A stretch of 64,000 bases of DNA from Mobula birostris. Its lineage: Eukaryota. How positions within the stretch are numbered: the first letter of the stretch is position 1; each line of letters opens with the position of its first letter. Both the position numbers and the translations under genes were made by a program. The stretch is taken from positions 28,017,821 to 28,081,820 of the forward strand of contig NC_092379.1 in the NCBI RefSeq assembly GCF_030028105.1, in the 5' to 3' direction. Under the pieces are notes generated by a model that was not told the DNA's origin, did not search any database, and worked only from the letters and a program-made list of their open reading frames with translations. Shown here in pieces: positions 49,646 to 61,369 of this stretch.

Positions 49646-50344
49646 TGTAAGGGGGTTTCGATTTTTATGTTACTGCGGAGGTTAATTAAAATGGCGTTTT
49701 TGTTATGTTTATCTGTGGAATGCGGCTTTGTTGTGCTTTAACGCTGAGAAAGTTTGCGCTAGCAGCTTATTGTGGTTTAGTGTGTGATAAGAGAGTGCTA
49801 TTAACCAATTGGGATAGTTGTTATGGTTTTGGTGTATTTGAAGATACTGTATGCGCGGGGTTTTGGGGCAGAAGGCGGGAGAGCGAGACAGAGGATGGAC
49901 CAGGTGCTGTGAGTCCGCTAACGGGGTCGGACCCCGAGCGGGACGTTCGGCGAGGAGACGGAGACGGAGACGGACTCGTGTGGAGCGTCTGGTCGACCAC
50001 CGTTGTTGGTCCCAGGCGGCCGGTCGAGGTGGTCCGAGGGGTCACAGGGTGAAGAAGAAGGTCCTTGAGCTCCAACGGTTTTGTGCACGAAGAGATTGAA
50101 CTTTGATAAGTGTGGCGCCTTTTATTTTCCTTTTATATTTTATTCTCTTTTAATTATATAGTTCCAGTAATATCTATAAACTGTAAATCATTTAATCGTA
50201 TCTGGTGTATTGTCTGTTATTTGGGCGGGGTGGGGTACCTCACACAGCATCCACACAAACGAATTACCCAGTTTGGCGGGGCCGAGGCTGTTTCCCTAGA
50301 CGACAGCGAGCCGAGCGACTCTGAGGGTAGCCGGGGGGGCTACA
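49646..50344 (+). repeat. 5' LTR
   Basis: TGTAAGGGGG...GGGCTACA; six substitutions versus the 3' LTR found by eye. Confidence 0.95.
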
Positions 50345-51056
50345 TTGTGGGGGCTTTGTCCGGGATTGAGTCTGCTGGTATGCTGTGTGGGTGCCCTGTT
50401 TAAATCTGTAATGTGTGTCTCTGTGGGTTATTTGCTGGTGATTGCTGTATGTGTTGTGGGCGCGGTCTTTGTTCGAGCAGGCTGGCATTGACGAGTTAGA
50501 GGTGGCACTCGGGGCTGTCCATGCAGTTGGGAGAGAGAGGAAAGAGTGGTCTGATTTGGAGGTAGAGTCTGCGAATAAATGTTCTAGCTCTGGCAGGCTC
50601 CGCCTGGCACTGGGGATAGTGTCCACCCCAGGAGGGGCGGAGACGTGTGAGACGTGGGCGGAGCTGATCTCTCAGTTGTTAGATGAGTGGCAGTGCTTGG
50701 TTGAGGGAGAGCGACAGGGATTGGTTGAAAGTTTGAGTAGGCGGGCTGGTGACGGTGTGAGAGCTGTCAGGTTCACTTACACCGGAGTGACAGCTGTCAG
50801 TTATTTGAAAGAGGGGGGAAAGTTTTCAGTGTGTCTTCTCTGGCGAGGAGGGCGGCTAAATTGCTTGTAGTGCCAGGCGGATCATTTCAGGGGATCAGTT
50901 GTTCAGCTGATCAGAGAGGGGTCGGGAAACTTAGTGGAGGCCCAGTGAGGGGAACGGCTTGGGGTCTCTGGGGAAGCACGTTCCCAGCAATGTACCACTG
51001 AACTTCCGCAAGGAAAAGACCCTATTCCTGAAGACTTAGAGGGGCCACGCCCCAGG

Positions 51057-52772
51057 GTGTCGTTATGGATAGAGGGAAGTGATGCTAAAGCTATCCTCGA
51101 CCCCGGGGCACAGATCAAGTTGTTTTACAGTTCGTTTTACAACCGGTGTCTGAAGCATTTATCCTTGACAACCGCAAGGGCACCGGAGACTTTGGGTACT
51201 AGTGGCAGTAGTTATCCAGAAGATGATGATTGGTTAATGACCCTGGAGTTCATGGAGGCATTTTCTGGGCACCCAGTGTGTCGAGTTGCTTCTGAGGACG
51301 TGTGTAGCAGCCTTGAGCCAGTACCGAATTTAAATGAGACCCAGCGGTGGTACGGCTTGGGGAAAGTAGCTGAGGGTGAGACCCTCTTAGTAGACGCTCC
51401 GAACCACCACGTGGGAGGGGAGTTGACCGCTGAAGACACCTCAGTGAGAGAGAGGTCGCGGCAACTAGACCCTGGCGGCGTGGAAGATGAAGGCAGCGTG
51501 TGTGTGGATGATGCGACGTGGTTTAATGTGCTGCATCTGAGGGGTGGATGTTGCCAGATCGTGAGGAGTGCGGCTGTTGAGCCGAAGATGGCCTTTATTA
51601 GTTCCCTAGGATTCTTCCGATCCGAAAAGATGCCCAAGGGCATATCCGGAGCCCCTGCATCCTTCCCGCGGGGCATGAGGAAAACCGTGGGGGAAGTGAA
51701 GGTGTGTGGAGTTTTGACGTATGTGGATGACCGCCTAGAGCTTGGATTCGCCTGGGGAGACTATGAGGCGAGGCGAGTGGCTGAGCCCGGGCGACCGAAG
51801 CGAAGTGTCAAATGTGGAGGAGTTTTTGGCCGGAGGAGTTTGGTGCAATGTGAGGAAAATGACCCGACATACCAGTTGAACTTCCTGGTGTTGGGACAGA
51901 CGGTGGTGGACCGGGGGATGGAAACCCAGGTCGTCAATCTGAATGAGACACAGGGAAGAGAGGAGATTTGCATCACACTGCGGTCATATACTGACGAATT
52001 AATCCAGCGAGAAGAAACAATGACCCACCTTCGAAGGGATCAGCAGAAACTCAAGACGTCCATTCAGAATAGATTGGAAGATTTACAAGTTGGGGAAGAT
52101 CAAGGAAGTGTTCTGACTAAGGTCAACAGAAAACCGAGAGCCCAGGGAGGGGAGTTTGACTACACTCCCGAGGAGGTAAAGAAATGGAGGACAGATCTCG
52201 GAGAAGGGAGGCGGACGCTTGAAAGGAACCTGAAGGTGACAATCGTGAGTTTAAATGAAGTGGAAAAACTGAAAGTCGACCTGGAAGACGTCCTCAGGAA
52301 GAAACAACCGGAGGCTGAACAATCTTTAACTGCTGCTTTTCAAGTCAGGGTGGAAGAAGCTGGTGGGGTAACTGCGTCCCAGATTGAGATGGCCAGGAAC
52401 CCTGAGTCAGAACTGCTGAGGCTGTGGCGAGAGTTGAAGGAGTCCCCGAAGAAGCTGACGTCTCGACTGCAGGAGGCTGAAGGGGTAGCCCCAGCTAAAT
52501 GTTTCAGTTTGGAGAAACTCAAACAGCAGCTACCGATCGAAGGAATGAGGAAGAATACGGATTCGAAGGATGATGTGCTGCACATGTGGTACATGCTGCC
52601 TTTCGCTAACTTCCCCGTGATTGAGGAAGAGACCTTTGGCCCTTCTCCCACTGAGTCAGGTGTAGTGTGGAGGGCTAGCTGTGGGCAGTCTGAGTTACGG
52701 CAGGATCAGGAAGGAGGAGAGGCGGGGCCCCGGCCACGGGACAGGGGGCTCCGAGCTGTAGTGGTGGCCTGA
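51057..52772 (+). CDS. 571-aa chimeric ORF: degenerate protease + RT remnant + myosin heavy-chain rod-like segments
   Basis: Uninterrupted ORF; aa ~1-30 protease-like, aa ~177-225 RT-like, aa ~266-494 align to sarcomeric myosin rod motifs. Expression is unknown. Confidence 0.55.
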   Translation: MSLWIEGSDAKAILDPGAQIKLFYSSFYNRCLKHLSLTTARAPETLGTSGSSYPEDDDWLMTLEFMEAFSGHPVCRVASEDVCSSLEPVPNLNETQRWYGLGKVAEGETLLVDAPNHHVGGELTAEDTSVRERSRQLDPGGVEDEGSVCVDDATWFNVLHLRGGCCQIVRSAAVEPKMAFISSLGFFRSEKMPKGISGAPASFPRGMRKTVGEVKVCGVLTYVDDRLELGFAWGDYEARRVAEPGRPKRSVKCGGVFGRRSLVQCEENDPTYQLNFLVLGQTVVDRGMETQVVNLNETQGREEICITLRSYTDELIQREETMTHLRRDQQKLKTSIQNRLEDLQVGEDQGSVLTKVNRKPRAQGGEFDYTPEEVKKWRTDLGEGRRTLERNLKVTIVSLNEVEKLKVDLEDVLRKKQPEAEQSLTAAFQVRVEEAGGVTASQIEMARNPESELLRLWRELKESPKKLTSRLQEAEGVAPAKCFSLEKLKQQLPIEGMRKNTDSKDDVLHMWYMLPFANFPVIEEETFGPSPTESGVVWRASCGQSELRQDQEGGEAGPRPRDRGLRAVVVA

Positions 52773-53042
52773 GTGAGAGAGGAGTTGGCAAGCAGGCCCG
52801 AGGTATCCCTAGTAGTGTCTGAGCCTTGTGGGTTTAGGTGAGGGGGTACGGAGGTCTCAGAGGGTTAATAAGCTCCCAGATAGGTTGGCCTATTTAGCGC
52901 CCGTGGGACGGGAGTAAGGTCCACTGTTTGGGGAGCACTGTCACTGTGTGTATCTGTGTATGTGTGTGTTGTGTGTCTGTAGGACTGGGTGGCGAGTTAT
53001 TTAGAAGTCATGAGGACATGACTTTATTTGGTGGGGGGAGAG

Positions 53043-53741
53043 TGTAAGGGGGTTTCGATTTTTATGTTACTGCGGAGGTTAATTAAAATGGCGTTTTTGT
53101 TATGTTTATCTGTGGAATGCGGCTTTGTTGTGCTTTAACGCTGAGAAAGTTTGCGCTAGCAGCTTATTGTGGTTTAGTGTATGATAAGAGAGTGCTATTA
53201 ACCATTTGGGATAGTTGTTATGGTTTTGGTGTATTTGAAGATACTGCATGCGCGGGGTTTTGGGGCAGAAGGCGGGAGAGCGAGACAGAGGATGGACCAG
53301 GTGCTGTGAGTCCGCTAACGGGGTCGGACCCCGAGCGTGACGTTCGGCGAGGAGACGGAGACGGAGACGGACTCGTGTGGAGCGTCTGGTCGACCACCGT
53401 TGTTGGTCCCAGGCGGCCGGTCGAGGTGGTCCGAGGGGTCACAGGGTGAAGAAGAAGGTACTTGAGCTCCAACGGTTTTGTGCACGAAGAGATTGAACTT
53501 TGATAAGTGTGGCGCCTTTTATTTTCCTTTTATATTTTATTCTCTTTTAATTATATAGTTCCAGTAATATCTATAAACTGTAAATCATTTAATCGTATCT
53601 GGTGTATTGTCTGTTATTTGAGCGGGGTGGGGTACCTCACACAGCATCCACACAAACGAATTACCCAGTTTGGCGGGGCCGAGGCTGTTTCCCTAGACGA
53701 CAGCGAGCCGAGCGACTCTGAGGGTAGCCGGGGGGGCTACA
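53043..53741 (+). repeat. 3' LTR
   Basis: Direct repeat of 49646-50344. Confidence 0.95.
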
Positions 53742-56700
53742 CAGGTATCTAAAAAAAATGTATTCTTGATAAATTATATTTATTAGATAATTGTTCAAAA
53801 GACATAAGGGAACCATCTAAAAATAAATCCAAAACCCGTGAAATACCCTTAGCCTTCCAAATTTGAAAAGCACGATCCGTAAAAGAGGGAGGAAAAAATA
53901 TGTTACCTAAAATAGGAATCGCTAGCCCAAATTGAATAAGATCAAAACATTTTCTGAATTGAAACCAAATGCGTAAGGTATATTTAACTATCGGGTTAGA
54001 TACCTGTTTGAGGCGTTTCAAATCAAAAGGAAGAGAGGAACCTAAAATAGAGCCAAGTGTATAGCCCTGAACAGATTGTAATTCCAATGCTACCCATTTG
54101 GGAATGGATAGTATATCCTGGTCAAGTAAACAAAATTTCATACGTCGAATATTAATTGCCCAATAATAGAATCTAAAGTTAGGTAATGCTCAACCTCCAT
54201 CTCTCTTAGCTTTCTGTAAATGTATTTTACCCAGTCTTGGGTTTTTATTTTGCCAAATAAATGAAGAAATTTTTGAGTCAACTTTATCAAAAAAAAGATT
54301 TTGGAACAAAAATCGGTAATGCCTGAAATATATATAAAAACTTTGGCAGAAAAAAAACATCTTAACTGCATTAATACGACCAATCAAAGTTAAATATAAA
54401 GGAAACCATTTAGATGAAAGTTGAATAATATGGTCAATTAAGGGTAAAAAGTTAATCTTAAATAAATCTTTGTGTTTACAAGTAATTTTAATCCCAATAT
54501 ATGAAAAATAATTATTAATCAATTTAAACGGAACGTTATGATATAAGGTAAGTTGTTTATTGATCGGGAAAAGTTCACTCTTACTAAGATTTAATTTATA
54601 ACTTGAAAAAAGACCAAATTGTGCTAATAGCTCTAAAACGGCAGGGATTGATTTTTGAGGATTAGAAATATATAAAAGTAAGTCATCAGCATAGAGTGAT
54701 ATTTTATGGGACTTTAAGCCCCGAGTTATCCCAGTAATATCTGGAGATTCTCGAATGCCAATTGCAAGAGGTTTTAATGCAATATCAAATAATAAAGGAC
54801 TAAGAGGACAACCTTGTCGAGTGCCTCGAAAAAGAGGGAACAAAGGTGAGCTTAGAGAGTTAGTACGGACCGAGGCCACAGGAGAATGATATAACAATTT
54901 GATCCAGGATATAAATTTCGAGCTAAAATTAAAGATTTCAAGCACCTTAAATAAGTAAGACCATTCTACTCTATTAAAAGCTTTCTCAGCATCTGAAGAG
55001 ATAACACACTCAGGAATATTTTGTGAGGGGGTATAAACAATATTTAACAGTGTGCGAATGTTATAAAAAAAGTAACGACCTTTAATAAAACCCGTTTGGT
55101 CTTCCGAAATAATAAAAGGGAGTACTTTTTCTAATCTGTTTGCTAATAACTTAGAAAAAAAAATAATAAAGATATTGGTCTATAAGATGCACATTGAGCA
55201 GGATCTTTATCCTTCTTTAATATTAGAGAGATTGACGCTCTATTCAAAGATTCGGGAAGTTTACCAAGTTTTAATGAAGCCTCGAAAACCCTACAGAACC
55301 AAGGGATTAATGAATGTGCAAAAGATTTATAAAATGCTACGGTAAACCCATCAGGGCCAGGAGCTTTCCCCAGGTTCATAGAGGAAATAACATTCTTAAT
55401 CTCATCAGAGGTAATGGAAGTATCTAGCATGGAAGACATATCCTGTGAAATCTCAGGGAAGTCTAGGTTATCTAAAAAAACATTCATATGTTTAGAGTCT
55501 CGAGGAGACTCTGATTGATATAAGGAAGAATAAAAATCAAAGAAGGTTTGATTAATCCCCGCATGATTAAGTATCAGTCGATCATTTTGTTTATAAATCT
55601 GATTAATTTGAGATTTAGCATAGTTAGACTTCAATTGGTTAGCCAACAGTTTGCCAATTTTGTCACTGTGTACAGAAAATTCACTGCTTGTTTTCTTTAA
55701 TTGGTTTACAATCAAGGGCGAAAGTAATAAACTGTGTTCCATTTGAAGTTCAGTTCTTTGTTTATATAACTCCTCAGAGGGAGCTGTAACATATTTCTTA
55801 TCAATTTCCTTAATCTTGTCCACAATTACCAACTCCTCCTGCTTCAGCTTCTTCCTCAAAGCAGCAGAATACGAGATAATCTGACCACGAATATGAGCTT
55901 TAAAAGTATCCCAAAGAATGTTCACAGAAATATCCTCTGTATAGTTGATTGTAAAAAAAAAAGATCAATCTGTTCATTCATAAATTTAACAAAGTCCGAA
56001 TCCTGAAGCAACAGCGAATTAAAACGCCATTGTGTATTATTTTGTGTATTGGCCTGAATTTTAATAGAAAGCTTAAGTGGAGCATGATCCGAAATGGTTA
56101 TAGAGTCATAATCAACGTGAATCTAAAGTAATCTGCAACATCAGGTGTACAAAGAATGTTAATTTATTATAAAGTAGCGGTAATTACTCTGAGATGTGTC
56201 ATATTATTGTTATCATATATTACCTCATTACCATATATTACATACTACCTTATATACTAAAACCCCGTTCAGCAGTTCCAAGAACTGCGCTCACGTTGCA
56301 ATAACAGTTTGACCCCATTCACTTTTACGTCTGTTTTTATTTTTCCACATCAAATGCACTATAGTAGATCGGCGTTCAATCAAAAAATAATTCCAAATTC
56401 AGGTAAACAAGTTTTTGAATCAGAATGTGATAGTATGTGAGACACTGTAACTCAAGGGATGTGATCTGCACTTTCGAAAACCACGTTTTCGAGAACGTCA
56501 GAATTTGAACACATCATCTTTTTAGAAGCTTCGTGATGGTCATACAATCTATGTTCAATACGATTGATTTTCATTTTTTTCCATTATGCCTTTGTTAATG
56601 GGGTTATTATTTACTCCAGATACCGCAAGATTTTATGATAATTCAAAATCTCTTTACTCCTGCCGATGGTGAACGATACAGCCAACAGTCTAAGGCCAGG

Positions 56701-57906
56701 ACCTCGCATTCCGCTGTGCCAAAATGAGAGACCTGCTTTTTGATCTCTGCGACTTGTGAGTCTTTAATCAAAACATGCGGGAAACGTCCACACCGATGGT
56801 ATTACATCATATCCTGCTGAAAATCGTGAAAAGGAAAAAACAAAAAAACTTTGATCTGGTTTTATTTGTTTATTGCGGAGTCTCTAACTCAGAAAATACG
56901 TGCGTGACAAATTCATTTAAATTAGGCAGGAAATTTACTGAGTAAACTCAACATTCTGGAAAGGAAGCATTGTTTCATGTCCCGACATTACTTTCTACGT
57001 ATATCCATTGATCCTTCAAATCGACCGGCTTGATCATCGAGAGTTTTCTGTCCAAGTTGATGAAAGAGAAGTGTTGCATCAAAAGCGAGACTTCTGTTAT
57101 TCTGCAGTTAATGAAGTAGATTTATTATTTTCATTTCACATGCCAATTTTAAAAGACGAAAAATTTGGGAACACCAAGCTGGCTAGGAAACATCCGCGAA
57201 AATCGAAGAATAAACAGTCCAACTGAGAGAATTACTTAATCTTTACAGCCATCTGGTGGAATATATCTTCTTTGCTTCTGGCGATTTCACATGAACTCAG
57301 TGCTTCCTTCACGTAACAACAACATATACACAAACAATCATTACTTCCATACGTCTAATTAATTGGTAAGTAATTCAGAGAAAAACTACTTTCATAGGTT
57401 GCATGTGAACACGTCAGAATACCGTGCGCTGCGCAACTTGCTCATTTTTGTTTTTCAGAACAATTCTGCCGTCTCTAAATTCTGCAGAGATCCACATCAG
57501 AGAGAGTAAATACTGTTATTGCATCTTTTGCTGCACCCATAGTTTGTTACACTCCCTCTTATTCTGCTCGCATCCTCTGCCTCGATGAACAAGCGCAATT
57601 TGTTGACAGTCTTCTGCAAGAGAATTGACGGCTGTCCGGCATTCCTTCGCCTTTACCTGGCGCTGCGGTGTTTATGTCAGCTTACAAAGTATTTGATTCC
57701 TTTGCTGTGCACTTCTGCGATCGCCTCTGCAAAATTTCATTTCCTGCACTGCGTCTGAACGTCTTTTCCTACTGTGTTTTTAAAAGATTCAACACCCTGC
57801 GTTGCCTGATGTGATTGGTCGGTTTGGCTAAGGGTATGTGTATTTCTCCTCTGGCAATGAGTCTCTACTCTGTGGTCACGGCAGTACAGAGTCAAACAGA
57901 GTGATT

Positions 57907-58332
57907 AGAAGACCTGTTTCACGCCAGTACTCATTATTGGGTTTCTTCTGGGTAAGATGTTCCTTCACTTAATATTCCAGGCCTCCCTAATTCCCTGTAA
58001 ACACGTTTTATTTTCTATTTATGTAACCACGTTGTTCGAAGTAGATCTTATGATCTATTATTTTCTTTTTACTGTTAGACTGCAGCATTCAAGACTCAGT
58101 GGAACAGTCATTGGATGCAATGACGATCGAAGAATAAAGTAGTATTACCGTAAACTGTACTTGACAAAAAAGTGCAGCATTCCCGAATGTTTTCTGGTAC
58201 AGGCAGCTCCCCAGAGAGAGACCACAGTATTTGATCCGGATCATCGGAGGGACAGAAACCCGAAATAAAGATTTAACCAATCGATTTTTTTGCTTCCTAT
58301 GATACTAGTAATTAATATTCGGAACTTTCGAT
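57907..58332 (+). pseudogene. TRAV: V4: 3'-truncated V pseudogene with no Cys104 and no RSS
   Basis: ATG is reduced to AG at 57907; G|GTAAG donor at 57952 and acceptor at 58078. Stops TAA 58135-58137 and TGA 58162-58164. FWYRQLP is retained; after SELS(I) the sequence jumps into the downstream flank seen at V1 9992. Confidence 0.88.
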
Positions 58333-59848
58333 GGCTGTAACTTTCATCGAAACTACTTCATCTTTAGTGATTCCTATCTGTTACTTAATTTCACTGAATA
58401 TTCACCATTTCACATCGCAAGCTAACACAACCATCAGTAGAGACAGATGAATTCTTTTAGGGGGTCCTTTGACATATAAAGGGACCAAACTTTGCCACAA
58501 AAATCGCACATATCGCTATCAAAATTATACCTCAAAGTCTGAAGAAGGCATCGTTTAGGGAAATCACTCAGATCCAATCATGTGGCTTTTGATTTCAGTC
58601 AAAGATTCGATCGCACTTTGCTGGATTGCTGTTCTGAATGTCGTTGATTTTCATTACCACGCGAGAGGCTTACCTACTTTTACGCCGGCATCAGATTGTT
58701 TCCGAAATGAATTAGTATATGGATTTCAGCAAGGCATTTGCTAAGGTACGCCATGCAAGGTTTATTGAGAAAGTAAAGAGGCATGGTATCAAGAGGACAT
58801 TGCTTTGTTGGTCCAGGACTGGCTTGCCCACAGAAGGCAACGAATGGCTACAGACGGATCGTATTCTGCATGGAGGTCGGTCACCAGTGGGGTGAATCAC
58901 AGGATCTGTTCTGGGACCCTAACTGTTCGTGATTTTTATACATGACCTGGATGAGGAAGTGGAGGGATGGGTTAGTAAGTTTGCTTTTGACACAAATGTT
59001 GGAGCTGTTGTGGATCGTGTGGACTGCTGTCAGAGGTTACAGCGGGACATTGATAGGATGCAAAACTGGCCTGAGAATTGGCAGACGGAGTTCAACCCAG
59101 ATAAGTGGGAAGTGGTTCATATTGGTAGGTAAAATTTAATGGCAGAATATAGTATTGATGGTAACACTCTTGGCAGGGTGGAATATCAGAGGGATCTTGG
59201 GGTCCGAGTCCTTAGGCACTCAAAGCAGCTGCGCAGGTTGACTGTGTAGTTAAGAAGGCGTACAGTGTATTGACCTTCATCAATCGTGGAGTTGAATTTA
59301 GGAGCCGTGAGGTAATGTTGCAGCTATATAGGACCCTGGTCACACCCGATTTGGAGTACTGTGCTCAATTTTAGTTGCCTCACTGCAGGAAGGACGTGGA
59401 AGCAATAGAACAGGTGCAGGTGAGATTAACAAGGATGTTGCCTGGATTGGGGAGCATGCGTAGAGAATAGGTTGAGTGAATTCGGCCTTTTCTTCTTGGA
59501 GCGATGGACGATGAGAGGTGACCTGATAGAGGTGTATAAGATGATAAGAAGCATTAATCGTGTGGATAGTCAGAGGTTTTTTTTTTTTATCCCAGGGCTG
59601 AAATGGTTGCCACAAGAGGACACAGGTTTAAGGTGTCCTCTTAAGGTGTCCGCTTACCTTTAAGGTGTAGATAGAGAGGAGATGTCAGGAGTAGGTTTCT
59701 TACTCAGTGAGTGGTGGGTGCGTGGAATGGGCTGCCGGCACGGTGGTGGAGGAGGAAACGATTGGGTCTTTTAAGAGACATTTACATATGTACATGGAGC
59801 TTAGTAAAATAAAGGGCTACAGGGAAGCCTAGTAATTTCTAATGTAGG

Positions 59849-61369
59849 TGTTAAAGTCCAATCCGTGAAGTCAGTGTTCCGGTTCACGGTCCGGTCCATA
59901 GTTCCTTGTTCTGGGGTTTCAGGTTTTCCCCACTTTCTGTTGTGGGCACATGTTTCTCTTTTTGGGGCTGAGACATAAATAGCTCTGCAAACCAGAGATT
60001 ACCTGCTGTACTGTCCTGTTCCCCTCCCTATCCTTCCCTCCCTCGCCTGGCTCTCTGCCTGGATACCTTGCCTGACTCTCTGCCTGTTCACCTGGCTTGG
60101 ATACCCCGCCTGTATCGCTGAAGTCTTACGGCCGGAGTTTTGTTATGTCAAGATATGGAACTGTCTTTCGTTGTGTGGAATTGTCTCTCTGTGTCTACGC
60201 CTTCGCTAGGTAGGTCCGGCCGTTTGCTGCTACCTAGTATTGATTCTGTCTCTGAGTCCACGCCTTCGCTGGGTGGGAACGGCCGTTTGCAGCCACCTTG
60301 TGTTGGGATCCGTCTCTTCATATTCAGTGTTCTGTGTATGAGTCCCGGCCCTACGTCCTCTCCCCAAAGAGGGGTCCCGGCTCTGTGTTCCGTGCTCCTG
60401 TCTCTTCTAGTCCAAGGCTCCCTGCTACTAAAGACCTTCGTTCAGTCCGTGCCTAATCCAGTCTTATCCGAGTCCTCTCCATGTGTCTTTACCTGTCCTT
60501 GTGTCTCGCCCTACCCAGAAGTTCCACAAGCAAGCCATGTTCAGTCCTGTAGCCTCGTCTTGTCGTCACCTAGTTCTGGAGTCCGAGCCCGAGTTACGCC
60601 CAAGGTTCTGTGCCCTTGCCCAGAGTTCGGCTCGGAGTCCATACTCAAGCCTCGAAGTACCTCAGGCCTCAAGATCCAAGACCCAAGCCTGCAGCCGCCA
60701 GATCCAAGACCCGATCCTGCAGCCTCAATATCCATGATCCCAGCCTGCAGCCTCAAGATCTAAGACCGCAGCCTGCATCCTCAAGATTAAGTCCCCAACC
60801 TGCACCTTCAAGAGCAGAGACCCCAGCTTGATGGCCTCAAAACCAAGACTCAAGTTGCAGGCCTCAAGACCAAGAATCCAGTTGCTGCCGTCAAGACCAA
60901 GAATCCGGCCTGCAGGCCTCAGGACCAAGACCCGTGCCTGCAGGCATCAAGACCAAGACCCTAGCCTGCAGGTCTCAAGACCAAGACTCCAGTCTGCAGG
61001 CCTCAAGACCAAGACCCCAGCCTGTAGGCCTCAAGACCAAGACCCCAACCTGTCTCCAAACTCAAGTGTCTAGACCAAGACCCCAGCCTGTCTCCAAGCT
61101 CAAGCCTCCAGACCAAGACCCCAGCCTGTCTCTGTGCTCAAGCCTGAAGACCCAGACCCGAGCCTCAAGCCTGAAGACCCAGACACGAATCTTTCTTCAA
61201 GCCTCAAGCCTCAAGACCTCAAGCACAGGCTCCAAGTCCAGGGTTCCTAGCCTGGGTTCTCGTTTTTTTGTCCTTGTCCTAGCCAAGGTCCTGCATCTTT
61301 GTCCTGATCCCAGTACCTCAGTGTCTGTGGCTTGCATTTGGGTCCGATCCCAATGCCCTGATTGTGACA
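59849..61369. mobile_element. LTR-like insertion (TG...CA) containing a minisatellite
   Basis: Absent from the orthologous CR1 at ~11460; TGTTA...TGACA ends; imperfect TSD GTAGG/CTAGA. Confidence 0.55.
60660..61230. repeat. Degenerate 28-bp minisatellite (CAAGACCAAGACCCCAGCCTGCAGGCCT)
   Basis: Abutting variant units, clearest at 60948-61050. Confidence 0.85.

Larger units (their letters stand above)
49646..53741 (+). mobile_element. Non-autonomous Gypsy-type LTR retroelement (4096 bp)
   Basis: Two 699-bp TG...CA LTRs, CAGG TSD (49642-49645, 53742-53745), tRNA-Pro-like PBS TGGGGGCTTTGTCCGGGAT (50348-50366) and PPT 53030-53042. PNMA-like gag remnant, protease-like AILDPGAQ and RT remnant MPKGISGAPASF...YVDD; no recognisable RNase H or integrase. 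Confidence 0.93.
48507..56113 (-). mobile_element. 5'-truncated L1 LINE, split by a Gypsy insertion
   Basis: Perfect 11-bp TSD AACGTGAATCT (48496-48506, 56114-56124); AATAAA plus (GAAA)n tail. EN motif ISDHAPL, RT motifs RGTRQGCPLSPLLF and LYADD. The ORF2 frame rejoins as RIHFFRYLQVRNF across the LTR element. Confidence 0.93.

Noticed and set aside
49705-50403. Duplicated ORFs at 49.7-50.4 kb and 53.1-53.75 kb as paralogous genes
   Set aside because: They lie within the two LTRs and are duplicated for that reason.
60660-61230. Repeat array as CRISPR or a repetitive protein gene
   Set aside because: The units abut without unique spacers, the context is eukaryotic, and ORFs occur in several frames on both strands as expected for a minisatellite.
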